Positions 19,921 to 30,400 of a stretch of 64,000 nt of DNA are shown one piece after another. The DNA lies in NCBI GenBank assembly GCA_963669175.1, contig OY769902.1, positions 4,192,001-4,256,000 of the forward strand. Direction: 5' to 3'. Positions within the stretch are counted from its first letter, which is position 1. Each line of letters begins with the position of its first letter. The notes under the pieces are model-generated. The model was given only the letters and a program-made list of their open reading frames with translations, made no database searches and was not told the origin of the DNA. Source of the DNA: a bacterium. Lineage in GTDB: Bacteria; Electryoneota; Electryoneia; Electryoneales; Electryoneaceae. The position numbers were made by a program, and so were the translations under genes.

Positions 19921-22900
19921 TTGTGTAAACTTCGTTGCAGAACCGGAGGGGCGGTGGATTCGGAAACTCGCAGTACGCCTGAAAAGGATATAATCATACA
20001 GGGAAAGAGCAAACCGGTACGGAATATCCTCCTCCCTGCGATTCCGTTTCTGCTGGCGTTTCAGGTAGCAGTGTTCATCGTCCTTGCCAACCTGGATAAG
20101 CTGGTAACTCTTTCACCGGACACATATCCGCATATCCTGCATCCTGTTTCCAGCGATTTTCCCTGTGACACTCTGCTAAGTGACGTCCGTTTTCTCGAAG
20201 ACTCGAGCTACAGTTATATCAGCGTATACCGTGAATTCAGTACCGAATGCCTGGTGCTTGACCCGTTTTTTGACGTCCAAAGTCATCTGGACCTGGGGCA
20301 ACAGGTACCCTGGAAAAGTGTATCCAGCGTGGACAGTGATGGTGACGGCCTCGATGAACTGGTATACGCGAAAATCTTCACCGAATCCTCGCAAGCTGAT
20401 CCGTTTTCCAGCAATATCGACAGTGTGCAGTTATGCGCGATGGATGCAACCGGTAAACTGGTCATCTTTGACCGTCTACGACCGGAACGTATCGAAGGAT
20501 TCCCACGCAACACGAACAAGTCCTTCCGTAGTCTCAACCTGTTCTGGCCGACTCAACCGGATGGGATTCACCCTGCTCAATCAGCTGACTATTTCATCCT
20601 TTCCTCAGGTGATGATGCCTCGGAAGAACCCTTTCGTCAACTACGAATCTATCGCAAAGGGACACCCCCTCGACTGGCCGCTGTGGTTCGTGTGCCCATG
20701 ACTGTACGTTCAGGAAAATGGCAGCGTCTCCCGGATGGACGCAGCCTCTTCACCTGTACTGGGATACCGCTCGCGTTTGGAACCACTGTCCCGGTAAAAT
20801 TTCTTTCACCGGACGGCGTATCTCACGAGACAATCCTGTCCGATGCCAACAGCTACACAATGCAGATCGATGATCATGGCAATATGCTCTGGGCGCGTGA
20901 GCTCGGCGTTGCTATCGGGGAAAGCAGGCTGTTGCCGCAGGCTGACGATGTCAACACGATACAAATTGCCTGGCAGACACTGGAACCACGCTCTTCTCCT
21001 GCGCCTGTATCATGTCTGTATACGATGGACTGGCTGACCGGTGTGGTGCGCGATTCCTTGAATTCCGATCATAGCCTGTTGCCTGTTGCCGGATGGACCT
21101 TGTCAGCTCCGCCGGTCTCATTATACCAGTCACAAACGGAAGTAATCATTCAACCGGAATACGCTTCGGGAAAGGAACCGGTATCACTGCCAATCTCCGT
21201 CCAACCGCCTGTACTACTTTCGGGTACGGATCGGGATCACCCGCTGTTCATTCTGAACGGGACTGACAAGCGGATTCGTTTGGTGAGCACAGACGGTATT
21301 GAGCAGGCATGCCAGGATGGTGGACGGGCATTCACGCCTCTCCCCTTCGCTCATCGCATTCAACCAACCAATGATATTCCGGTGGTTTCTGACAGCCGCA
21401 TTCAGCTTCATCGCCTTTCTCCAAATCCATCCTCGCTGTGGATGTGGAAACGGTATCAGTGGGCAATTCTACTGCTAATCCCGACTCCGTTGATCCTGCT
21501 GGGGGTGTATTTCTTTATCCGCTATCGTGCAGAGCGAAGCAAGGTCAAGAAGCAGAAGGAAGTTTATTACCAGACACTCGAACTCAGGGTAAAACTGCGC
21601 ACCCATGAGCTGGAAGACGCCAACGAGAAGCTCTACGCTGAAATCGATGCCCGGAAGATCGCCGAAGATACGGTCCTGGCCCAGCATGAGCACCTGGAAT
21701 CCATCTTTCACGGTGTCCAGTATGGCCTGCTTACCGTAGATCGTGACATGAAGGTGAATAAGGTGAACCAGGCGTTTTCCGAGATGCATGGCAAGCCGGT
21801 TTCATCTCTGGAAAACCTGGTTCTTACCGATATCCTGACCGGGCATGACAAGGCATTGTCCCACCTGGTTAAAAATGCCTTCAACGGGAAACAGGCGCAG
21901 GTAACTGATTTTGAACTGGAAGTCGATCTCCCTGCCGGCGATAATCGTCTGCTCCAGGTTCACCCGACAGTACTCAAAGACAGTAAGGGTGCGGTGTCTG
22001 AGTTGCTGCTGACCATGCGTGATGTCACTCATTTGCATCGTTTGCAGCAGATCGTCGAAGAGCGTTATCAGTATCGAAATATCATCGGACATTCCTCACG
22101 GATGCAGGAAGTATTTCAACTGCTGGAAGACCTTTCCAATTCACTCTCAACTGTGCTGATCACCGGGGACAGCGGCACAGGGAAAGAACTGGTCGCCTCC
22201 GCCCTGCATTACGGCTCGAAGCGATCTGAAGGCCCCTTTGTGAAAGTGAATTGTTCGGCGCTGTCAGAAACACTACTGGAAAGCGAATTGTTCGGGCATA
22301 TCAAGGGCGCTTTTACCGGCGCGACTCGTGACAAGGCAGGGCTTTTCCAGGTGGCGCGCGGTGGCACCATCTTCCTCGATGAAATAGGCGACATCTCGCC
22401 CAAGATGCAGGTCAGCCTGTTGCGCGTATTGCAGGAAGGTGAATTTCAACGGGTTGGCGATACCAAGACGTTGAAAACAGATGCCCGCATCATTGCAGCC
22501 ACCAACCGTAACCTGAAAAAGAAAATTCAGGACGAAACCTTCCGGGAAGATTTGTACTACCGTCTGAATGTCGTAGCGATTGAACTTCCACCCCTGCGTG
22601 AACGACGTGAAGATATCCCTCTGCTGGTTGAGCATTATATGCTTCATTTCAACCGTCAGATGCAGCGCAGTATCAAGGGCATAGACGATGACGCGCTGGA
22701 ATTGCTGATGCAACACGACTGGCCGGGAAACATACGTGAGCTGCAAAATATTCTCGAAAGAGCGTATATCGTATGCCGTAGTGATATGCTGCGTATCGCT
22801 CATTTCCCGGCGGAACTGAGGGCGGAACCTCTCCTGCGCGGTACAACAGGCCATGATATCGGACGTAGAGCAGCGGGGCCGGATCCGGACGAACTGGACG

Positions 22901-23034
22901 ATGAAGCGGCCTATATTCTCGAGATACTTGAAGCCTGCGTCTGGAACGTATCTGAGGCCGCACGCAGGCTCGATATCAGCCGTCAGGCGCTTCATAAGAA
23001 AATGAAGAAGTACAACCTGCAACGCCCTGTATAG
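19921..23034 (+). CDS. Membrane-spanning sigma-54-dependent transcriptional activator (extracytoplasmic domain-TM-PAS-AAA+-Fis HTH)
   Basis: TM near aa 35-57 and 512-533; DSDGDGLDELV (FG-GAP/EF-like); PAS; GDSGTGKE, ESELFGHIKGAFTGA, FLDEIG, FREDLYYRLNV, WPGNIREL; HTH NVSEAARRLDISRQALHKKM. Start uncertain (TTG 19921 or GTG 19954). Confidence 0.9.
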   Translation: MCKLRCRTGGAVDSETRSTPEKDIIIQGKSKPVRNILLPAIPFLLAFQVAVFIVLANLDKLVTLSPDTYPHILHPVSSDFPCDTLLSDVRFLEDSSYSYISVYREFSTECLVLDPFFDVQSHLDLGQQVPWKSVSSVDSDGDGLDELVYAKIFTESSQADPFSSNIDSVQLCAMDATGKLVIFDRLRPERIEGFPRNTNKSFRSLNLFWPTQPDGIHPAQSADYFILSSGDDASEEPFRQLRIYRKGTPPRLAAVVRVPMTVRSGKWQRLPDGRSLFTCTGIPLAFGTTVPVKFLSPDGVSHETILSDANSYTMQIDDHGNMLWARELGVAIGESRLLPQADDVNTIQIAWQTLEPRSSPAPVSCLYTMDWLTGVVRDSLNSDHSLLPVAGWTLSAPPVSLYQSQTEVIIQPEYASGKEPVSLPISVQPPVLLSGTDRDHPLFILNGTDKRIRLVSTDGIEQACQDGGRAFTPLPFAHRIQPTNDIPVVSDSRIQLHRLSPNPSSLWMWKRYQWAILLLIPTPLILLGVYFFIRYRAERSKVKKQKEVYYQTLELRVKLRTHELEDANEKLYAEIDARKIAEDTVLAQHEHLESIFHGVQYGLLTVDRDMKVNKVNQAFSEMHGKPVSSLENLVLTDILTGHDKALSHLVKNAFNGKQAQVTDFELEVDLPAGDNRLLQVHPTVLKDSKGAVSELLLTMRDVTHLHRLQQIVEERYQYRNIIGHSSRMQEVFQLLEDLSNSLSTVLITGDSGTGKELVASALHYGSKRSEGPFVKVNCSALSETLLESELFGHIKGAFTGATRDKAGLFQVARGGTIFLDEIGDISPKMQVSLLRVLQEGEFQRVGDTKTLKTDARIIAATNRNLKKKIQDETFREDLYYRLNVVAIELPPLRERREDIPLLVEHYMLHFNRQMQRSIKGIDDDALELLMQHDWPGNIRELQNILERAYIVCRSDMLRIAHFPAELRAEPLLRGTTGHDIGRRAAGPDPDELDDEAAYILEILEACVWNVSEAARRLDISRQALHKKMKKYNLQRPV

Positions 23035-23045
23035 AAGCCAAATCC

Positions 23046-23100
23046 GGTTGACAACCTGTAAACTTACCCGCTTGTTCCTCTTCTTCAGTTGACAGTTCAA
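23046..23100 (+). promoter_or_regulatory. Candidate enhancer (UAS) sites for the sigma-54 activator
   Basis: GGTTG-A-CAACC palindrome at 23046-23056 and a second GTTGACAGTTCAA at about 23088-23100, upstream of the -24/-12 box. Confidence 0.4.
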
Positions 23101-23160
23101 GGCGATCCATTCTATCCGTAAGATTTTATTTTTCTAACACATACTCGCATCATAGAGGAC

Positions 23161-23176
23161 TGGCCTACAGCTTGCT
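23161..23176 (+). promoter_or_regulatory. Sigma-54 (-24/-12) promoter
   Basis: TGGCCTACAGCTTGCT has exact GG-N10-GC spacing (consensus TGGCAC-N5-TTGC) and ends about 70 bp upstream of ATG 23248. Confidence 0.75.
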
Positions 23177-23247
23177 TTTTCCCTTCCAAAGACCAAATCC
23201 ATTTTGCGTACTCGCATATGGTAACTGTTTCAAGGAAGGAGGCAACC

Positions 23248-24237
23248 ATGTCTTCAGCAATTGCGGGATTTCCCAGGGAGCTGCAGGCACATCTGACTGA
23301 CAGGCTTGACGCAACATACTGGATCACATTTGCGATCAATTTTATCCTGTTCTTCGGTTTGTTCGGCTATCTTCAATCCGTCCCCCCAAAACCGATGTCC
23401 GAGGCTGATCTGAGGAGGTACATGCAGGCTTTATACCGTGTCACTCCGTCAGCCCCGCAGCCCCAGACAACAGAGACACTGGCCGAAAGCGGCGCGGCGA
23501 TGGACGAGCCGGTTGCGGATGATATGCCTGATGCGGATGAATTACGGAGAATGACCGCGGCTGCGGCGCAGGAACGTATGGAAAGAATCTCGCAGGAACG
23601 TGCCGCCCGCATTCAGCAGGCCCAGGCTCAGGCGCGTGAACACGCCATCTTTGCTCATGCAGCAGGTGTGGGACGTGGCAATGCAGGCGCACGTGGTCAT
23701 GCGGCGCGTCAGCTTTCCGGTGGTGGCGTTCGTGGGGTTAGTTTGCAGAACATGCGTGGGGTAGCCGCGAACAACCGTCAGATCGAAGCGGTGAACACTT
23801 TGCGTGCCGGTGGCGCCTTGACTGAAGGCGCTGCGGGACCGGCTGGCGGCGAGCTGGACCTGGTGGAAATCGAACGCATTCTCAGCGCGGCGGGAATTGA
23901 ACTGGATGCACCTCCGGAAGTGGCCTCTGCCAAGGGCGGAGTATCATCGCGCAGTTCCGAGGAAATCCGTTCCCAAGTGCAAAATAATTCGGCTGCGATG
24001 CGAAACTGCTACATCAACCAGAAGCGTTCTGATCCACGTTTGACCGGACGTGTTACAGTACAATACCAGATCCGTGCCGATGGTTCCGTGGGTAATATCC
24101 GCTGTGCAAACCAGCGCTGGTCCAATCCGGGTCTGGGAAAGCTTGTGGAAAACTGCCTGAGAAGCCAGATCAGCCGCTGGCACTTCTCCCCGTCCAGTGA
24201 GACCACAGAAGCATCGTTCTCGCTGAATTTCATTTGA
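23248..24237 (+). CDS. Inner-membrane-anchored protein with AgmX/PglI/TonB-C-like C-terminal domain
   Basis: AAGGAGG RBS; single TM; Ala/Gly-rich linker; C-terminal MRNCY...DPRLTGRVTVQYQIRADGSV...CLRSQISRWHF. Confidence 0.8.
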   Translation: MSSAIAGFPRELQAHLTDRLDATYWITFAINFILFFGLFGYLQSVPPKPMSEADLRRYMQALYRVTPSAPQPQTTETLAESGAAMDEPVADDMPDADELRRMTAAAAQERMERISQERAARIQQAQAQAREHAIFAHAAGVGRGNAGARGHAARQLSGGGVRGVSLQNMRGVAANNRQIEAVNTLRAGGALTEGAAGPAGGELDLVEIERILSAAGIELDAPPEVASAKGGVSSRSSEEIRSQVQNNSAAMRNCYINQKRSDPRLTGRVTVQYQIRADGSVGNIRCANQRWSNPGLGKLVENCLRSQISRWHFSPSSETTEASFSLNFI

Positions 24238-24264
24238 GTGGTACTGGTAGGATGTATTAGAAAG

Positions 24265-24435
24265 ACTCGCTTGGCCCGACTGCTTGCTGTCGGGAATTAC
24301 GATAGGCATGTCAAGTTTCTCCGGCCAAACATGGCCGGGCTACTCGCTTGGCCCGACTGCTTGCAGTCGGAAATCACGATTGGCATGTCACGTTTCCCCG
24401 GCCAAGCATGGCCGGGCTACTCGCTTGGTCGGGAA
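24265..24435. repeat. BIME-like tandem of 77-bp units containing GTAG-type REPs
   Basis: Units at 24265 and 24342, partial at 24419; each has a CCGAC..GTCGG hairpin and, on the minus strand, GTAGCCCGGCCATG(T/C)TTGGCCGG. Confidence 0.8.
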
Positions 24436-24465
24436 TCCATACCGCCTAAAAGTGCACGATGCGAA

Positions 24466-24503
24466 ACAGGGACAGCCCGCCTCGGATTTGTCCCTGTTTT
24501 TTT
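24466..24503 (+). terminator. Rho-independent terminator
   Basis: ACAGGGACA...TGTCCCTGT stem followed by a T-run, between convergent genes. Confidence 0.65.
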
Positions 24504-24538
24504 ATCAAAAAATTTGTTTCACTACATGGAAGTTCCAA

Positions 24539-25339
24539 CTACTTCAGAATAATCATCTGTTTCACTGCGGGTTGATTATCCCCGGCCTGCAAGGACAGGT
24601 AATAGGAACCACTGGCAACCGGGACACCGGAATCGGATTTCCCATCCCAGAATAACTGGTGAGTTCCTGCAGTATAAGTCTGGTTCGCCAGGTCACGGAC
24701 CAAGCGTCCCTCAATGGAATACACCTGCAACTTTACATTCATCGGGGATTCCAGAGAAAAAGATACTCGTCCTCCGGCATTGGTCGGGTTCGGCCAGGGC
24801 GCGGCAAGGTTTACGGCGTCTGGTAGCGTGTATGAACCGGACTCGGCCAGGGCTGTGCTTCCATCCGTGCTGTAGACATAGTGAACCTGATCACCGTCTA
24901 CGAAAGCCTCGACATCCATCTCCAGTTCGCCATCTGAATCAAAATCCGCAACCCACATGTAATAGGATGACGCCTGTGGATCAGACAGTGCGAAATAGAC
25001 TTCACCATTTGACATGTCAATAATGTCAAGATGAGCTTCATTATTCACACTATAGCAGAGATAGATATCACACAAATTGTCCCCTGTGACATCATACCAG
25101 GTGCTGTAATGGCGGCAGTCGTTACTTACTGGTATGGACCAGACCGGGGTATCACCAAAGGTGGCATCCATAACGGATAACACTCCCGTTTCGATACACG
25201 ACCATCGGTATTCAGTCTCCGTGTATCGCAAGAATTTTCCGCCATTATCATAATCTGCAGAGGTCCAGATAAGCTCTGGCTGGGCAAGAACTATAAGCGG
25301 AAAAAGCAGAATAAAGAGCATGTATGCGCATCGTTTCAT
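24539..25339 (-). CDS. Secreted protein with FG-GAP-like repeats and C-terminal FlgD-Ig/T9SS-like sorting domain
   Basis: Signal peptide; DVTGDNLCDI and DFDSDGELEM motifs; PWPNPTN...LQVYSIEGRLVRDL...WDGKSDSGVPVASGSYY...KQMIILK. Confidence 0.8.
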   Translation of the reverse strand: MKRCAYMLFILLFPLIVLAQPELIWTSADYDNGGKFLRYTETEYRWSCIETGVLSVMDATFGDTPVWSIPVSNDCRHYSTWYDVTGDNLCDIYLCYSVNNEAHLDIIDMSNGEVYFALSDPQASSYYMWVADFDSDGELEMDVEAFVDGDQVHYVYSTDGSTALAESGSYTLPDAVNLAAPWPNPTNAGGRVSFSLESPMNVKLQVYSIEGRLVRDLANQTYTAGTHQLFWDGKSDSGVPVASGSYYLSLQAGDNQPAVKQMIILK

Positions 25340-25342
25340 GGT

Positions 25343-25996
25343 TCACCTCTGGGAATATGAGTTGGGTGCAGGAGTACAGAAAAAACAGGTCGTGGGAATG
25401 CCTTGAGCATCAAACATGGTATAGGATTCAAAGACTGGTTTGCTGTCCACTATGCCATATGCGACACCAGCAGCTAGTGTTTCAACCGTTACACCATCTT
25501 CAACAACACGATATACGCGAGTGAATCCTATCCCAGTCATGGGATTTTGGAAAGACACATAGATTTCGTTCAAGCCATCGTCATCAATATCAGCGATATT
25601 CAGGTCTTCAGTATTGATCACCATACCATTTTCTGATGCTGTTAAGTATTCAAAATGGTTTTGCATCGACATAAAACGAATACCCACTAAATTATAGTCA
25701 TCATCAACAGCTCCAAGCAAAATATCTCTAATACCATCATTATTTCCGTCATTCATTCCAATCCATGTGTACCTTTCATCTATTTCGGACGGGATTGTAT
25801 TTTCGACTGTTGTACCATAAGCCTGATCCATGACATAAATATTATCAGAATCCGTATATATGAGACGGTATTCTTCGCTTGAATACTGTGCAAAGGATGA
25901 AGGCCCAGGCATGGATGTGTATTCAAGTTCTGGTTGCGGGAGAACATTGCTGATGAAAAGAATCAGCAGGGCTATAACAGGCAGGATACGTCGCAT
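25343..25996 (-). CDS. Secreted FG-GAP-like protein, paralog of the downstream gene without the FlgD domain
   Basis: GGAGG RBS then MRRILPVIALLILF...QPELEYTS (compare QPELIWTS); DGNNDGIRDI and DIDDDGLNEI motifs. Confidence 0.7.
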   Translation of the reverse strand: MRRILPVIALLILFISNVLPQPELEYTSMPGPSSFAQYSSEEYRLIYTDSDNIYVMDQAYGTTVENTIPSEIDERYTWIGMNDGNNDGIRDILLGAVDDDYNLVGIRFMSMQNHFEYLTASENGMVINTEDLNIADIDDDGLNEIYVSFQNPMTGIGFTRVYRVVEDGVTVETLAAGVAYGIVDSKPVFESYTMFDAQGIPTTCFFCTPAPNSYSQR

Positions 25997-26050
25997 TGGC
26001 ACCTCCATTGTTGGGTATGATTTTGAAAAGTAAGAAGCATCGTTCTGATT

Positions 26051-27353
26051 CACTGCTGTCCGGTTAATTGAGCATTGTTCTTGATTGCTGTTTTCGTTTT
26101 TGTTTTTCGATATCGCTTGTTCTTTGAAAGTCTTGCCACGCTTTGGCTACAGGGATACAGATCAGCAGATGTGTGCTGATAAATACCAAGAGTTGATGAG
26201 TAGTGATTGCCTCGTCGGCGTTCTTTTGCAACACTCTTAGCAGGAGAAAGACGATCATGGCAACCCAGATTTGCGACATCACTGCATTTTCGGATGTCCC
26301 CAGAAAAGACTTGATTTTCAGGTTCTGTTTCACCCATTTGAAGAACAGTTCAATCTGCCAGCGTTGCTTGTAGAGCTGCGCAATGGTCAACGCGTCTATT
26401 TCCAACAAGTTTGTCAGAAACCACAATTCCTTTTTTGTTTCCGGATCGGTGAAGTGTACCAGGCGCAAGGGATCAGGATAGTGGTCTGCCGGGGTTCCGT
26501 CAAAATGACCAATCCAGTCACCACGGACACCTGTTCCGGCTTCCACCTTTCGTTTTTCGGTCCATTCAAAGCCGACGTTGCTTTTCATGCGTGTGACGAA
26601 AAAGGCCTGGTTGCGATTGATCCTGGCAAACCAGGCGCTGTCGAAGTAGCCACGGTCAACCAGATAGGTTGTGCCTGACGTAATGGGCATGGTTCGCGCC
26701 GCCCCGATATCGCTGACCTTGCCGTCGGTGATGACAATGTCTTGTGGAATAAGCCCGTCATGATCCAGTAGGGTGTGCAGTTTCAGAGCACCTTTTGTTG
26801 TGCGGTATTTTGCCCAGGGCAACCGTTCCAGGCATACCGGAATCAGCGTGCTGTCAAGCGAAAGAAGTTTACCGGGAACGGGAAAATCATGCTTGGAAAA
26901 CCTGTCACAGAAAAGGGCGAATAATGCCTGAAACAGTTCGTAGTAAAATCGCCAGTTAATCCGCTTGTTCGCTTCTGCCAGGGTCGACTTCTTTACATTG
27001 ACCAAGGGGTCCATTGAGAACAGGGATGCCGTTGCATGCTGAATATCGCGTGTCGACTTCAATCCCGCCAACTGTGCGAACATCAGAACCGCAAAATGGG
27101 TGGATGCCGTAAACACAGAGGCATATTTATCAACATGATACTTCGTGGCAAGCTTGTCAAAGAGCTCGTTGGGTACAAGCTTTTGTATCTGCATCAATAC
27201 GGTTGTAGATTGAGCCATGACTTGCATCCTCCGTTGATGAGAATGTGTGTGCAAACTCAATCTTACCAACGGTACCTTGTGATGCAAGTCTTTATTATTA
27301 TACAATCTCCGGGATAGTTACACGAAATCGTGATAACCTACCGGACAGCAGTG
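26051..27353 (-). mobile_element. Complete IS4-family insertion sequence (1303 bp)
   Basis: Terminal IR CACTGCTGTCCGGT / ACCGGACAGCAGTG; 9-bp TSD GTTCTGATT at 26042-26050 and 27354-27362. Confidence 0.93.
26064..27218 (-). CDS. IS4 family transposase (DUF4372 + DDE)
   Basis: LMFAQLAG..STRDI, KSTLAEAN, LDST, VDRGY, YKQRWQIELFFKWVKQNL (YREK motif). Confidence 0.95.
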   Translation of the reverse strand: MAQSTTVLMQIQKLVPNELFDKLATKYHVDKYASVFTASTHFAVLMFAQLAGLKSTRDIQHATASLFSMDPLVNVKKSTLAEANKRINWRFYYELFQALFALFCDRFSKHDFPVPGKLLSLDSTLIPVCLERLPWAKYRTTKGALKLHTLLDHDGLIPQDIVITDGKVSDIGAARTMPITSGTTYLVDRGYFDSAWFARINRNQAFFVTRMKSNVGFEWTEKRKVEAGTGVRGDWIGHFDGTPADHYPDPLRLVHFTDPETKKELWFLTNLLEIDALTIAQLYKQRWQIELFFKWVKQNLKIKSFLGTSENAVMSQIWVAMIVFLLLRVLQKNADEAITTHQLLVFISTHLLICIPVAKAWQDFQRTSDIEKQKRKQQSRTMLN

Positions 27354-27473
27354 GTTCTGATTACAAACACACAGAGAGTCGAAATATTTATTCCATTACG
27401 TTTGTAAAAAACCCGGAAAAGATCGTACTCGATCAATCCCGGGCTGAGAATACAAAACATCGCAAAAAAGACA

Positions 27474-30400
27474 CTACCTGCGAATCGGTCCCTTAGACGG
27501 GCGTTTCGGCAGATCTTTCGGGTCTTCCGATATCTGTTTCAGCAACAGTTGAATCGCGTAATCAAGCTGGTGGTCTTTGCCACGCATTTCACTACCGGGA
27601 TCGTTGATCACTTCGATTTCCGGCGCAACCCCCGGCCCTTCAATAATCCAGTCGCCGTGCATGCCCCAACCACCAAACTCGGGTACGGACATACCGCCGT
27701 TATCCACACTGGGCCAACGTCCCCAGATCCAGATCCAACCACCCCAGGTACGTTCACCGATCAGGCTGCCGAAGCCCAGTTCCTTGGTGGCATAGGCAAA
27801 GGTTTCACCATCTGAAGCGGTCTTACCGTTGATCAATACCGCTACATGGCCATTGTACACCCCATGCGGTTTGGTCTCGATGCCGCTGTAACGGCTGGAC
27901 TGCACAGCGATCATGGGACAGGTCAGTTCCTTGATGAAATACTCGCTGGTGTTGCCGCCGCCGTTGTAACGATCATCCACGATCAGACCGGGCAGGGAAC
28001 GCTGCGGATAATAGTCACGTCCCCATTTTTCTATCCCTTCACCTGCCATATCCGGGAGGAACACATACCCTAGTTTACCGTCCGACTTATCCTGGACATA
28101 CTCACGCTGCTGTTTGATCCAGTCGAACAGACGCAGGGCATATTCTCCGGACATGCAGCGGATGTTTACCTTGCGGGCATTGTCGAACGTCGGTTTTTCG
28201 TTCAGGGTCAGCTCAACCACCTCGCCTGCCTTGTTGCGCAGGAGTCGGTTGATGTTGGTGCGGGCATCGGTTCTGATACCGTTAATCGCGAGAAGGTATG
28301 TGCCTGCCCCGGTCTGCGGATCGGCGTAATGCAATGGTGACGCGCCATCGGGTGTTCCGGGTTCGGGTGCAATCACACGGGTGATACGATAGTAGCCACT
28401 CTTCGAATCGGCTTCCATATCCACACCCAGCATTCCAACCGGTTCCGAATTGATATCCGGTTCTTCACCGCCCCAGACATAAGCATGTCCGGCATGCAGC
28501 TCGGCCAGGATTTCACGCAACAGGTCTTGCAGATCATCACGTGTAGTCACTCGGTCCAGCAGGGCTCCGTAACGCGCCAGCACATCATCCCAATCGCCGC
28601 CGTGATAGCCGTCTTCATAGAAGAAATCACGCTGCAACCGCCAGGACTCGCGTAGGATCTGCTCCCATTCCTCGCGCGGGGTAACTTCCAGCTCCCAACC
28701 ATCGGTCGATACCTGGTGATCGCCATCCAGGGACAAGGGCGCTATTCCCGGTGTACCAAAGTACCAGGCCCCTCCCATGCGCAGCACGATAGTCTCACCA
28801 TCGTTTGAGATCCTGTACGAGGAAACTCCCTCGGCCACCATATCTGCAGATTGAGCAACCAGATCGTAAAGCTTCAGCGAAGAACCACCGTTATGTTCAA
28901 CAAAGTAAACCTGGTCGCCGGTTGCACCTAACCGGCCAAAATCACCGGCATGATACGGGAAGGATTCAATCCGTTCCGCGATACCGGCAAAATCAATAAC
29001 AACCGGTTCCGGCTCTCTGTTTTCCTCATCTTCATCATCCTTTTCCTCTTCTTCGACACCATCCAACCAGGGCGCTTGCGGAAGTTCGCCCTGCTTCGGG
29101 GCATCACCATGTGCGATGAAGGGTGAAGGGACATCGGGACGCAGACGGATCAGCATCAGTTTTTCAAGATTGTTATAGGTGAACAGGCCACGGTTATAAT
29201 CCTGGTTATAATCGAAATTCCGTTCAGAAATACAGTACAGATAACGTCCCTTTGGATCCCACGCCGGGGTATTTGTGCTGAAATGCGGATTGCTTACCAG
29301 GGTTGATGTATTGGATTCGGTATCGTAGATGTAGACAGCCTCTCTGTCAGCACGGATGCTCTTTGTATACGCCAGCCAGCGTGAATCAGGTGACCAGGAA
29401 TAATTATAAAACTCCCAGTCTCCGGTAGCGATTTCCCTGCATTTTCCGGTTTCCACATTGACCACTTGCAGGGTTTGGCCATAGTCGCCATAGGCCGCCC
29501 ATTTTCCGTCCGGGCTTACCCTGACGTTATACTTCCAGCCTGGGCGTATCGATTTTTCAACAGCAACGATCTTTTCGCCCGGCGCATTGATACGACTGAT
29601 CGCTTCTTCCCCGGTCGCATCGCTGATCACCAGCAATCCCTCATTATCAGGCAGAAAATGCGGAGCCTTTTCACGGCTGATTCCGGAAAACGTCCATTGA
29701 CGTATCAAACCCGCCTGGCATACTGGCAGGGTGAACACTTCACCACGTGCGGAGACGGCCAGCTGACGTCCGTCCGGGCTAAGGTTCCAGTCTTCCAGGT
29801 AATTACCCGGTTCGATAAATTTGGTACGGCTGGAGTACAGATCGGACGGCACCAGGATCTCAGGTATAATCACCTGATCAGTGTCGATATCGTAAATACA
29901 AATATCCGCGCCAAGCTGGAAGATGATGCGGCGGTCATCCAGTTTCGGCCAGCGGACATCGTAAGAATCGAAAACGGTATGCTGTTTGACATCCTGCCCA
30001 TTCGGAAGCATGGACCAGATATTTTCCCGTCCGGTTGAATCGCACACGAAATAAATGCGTCCGTCATCAGCCCACATCGGGTGGCTCTGGTTGCCGGGGT
30101 AATCGAAGGGACGGTCATATTCAGCCGTTTCCGGATTCCCCACCCAGATCTGTTCCGCGTTGCCGCCCTGGTAACGATTCCAGGTATGGAAATCGAGGTT
30201 GTACACGACCATCGCCTCACCGGGACCGTCCGGTTGATACGTTACCGTAGATCCGCGAAGATAGGGCAGTCGTACAGGGTAGCCGCCATCGATATCAACT
30301 TTGTACAGGGACCAGGTACGGTGTGGCATGGTACGGTTGCGTGACTTGAATACAATGTTGCCATCTTCATCCCAGCCAACCACCCAGTCACGTGCTGCGT

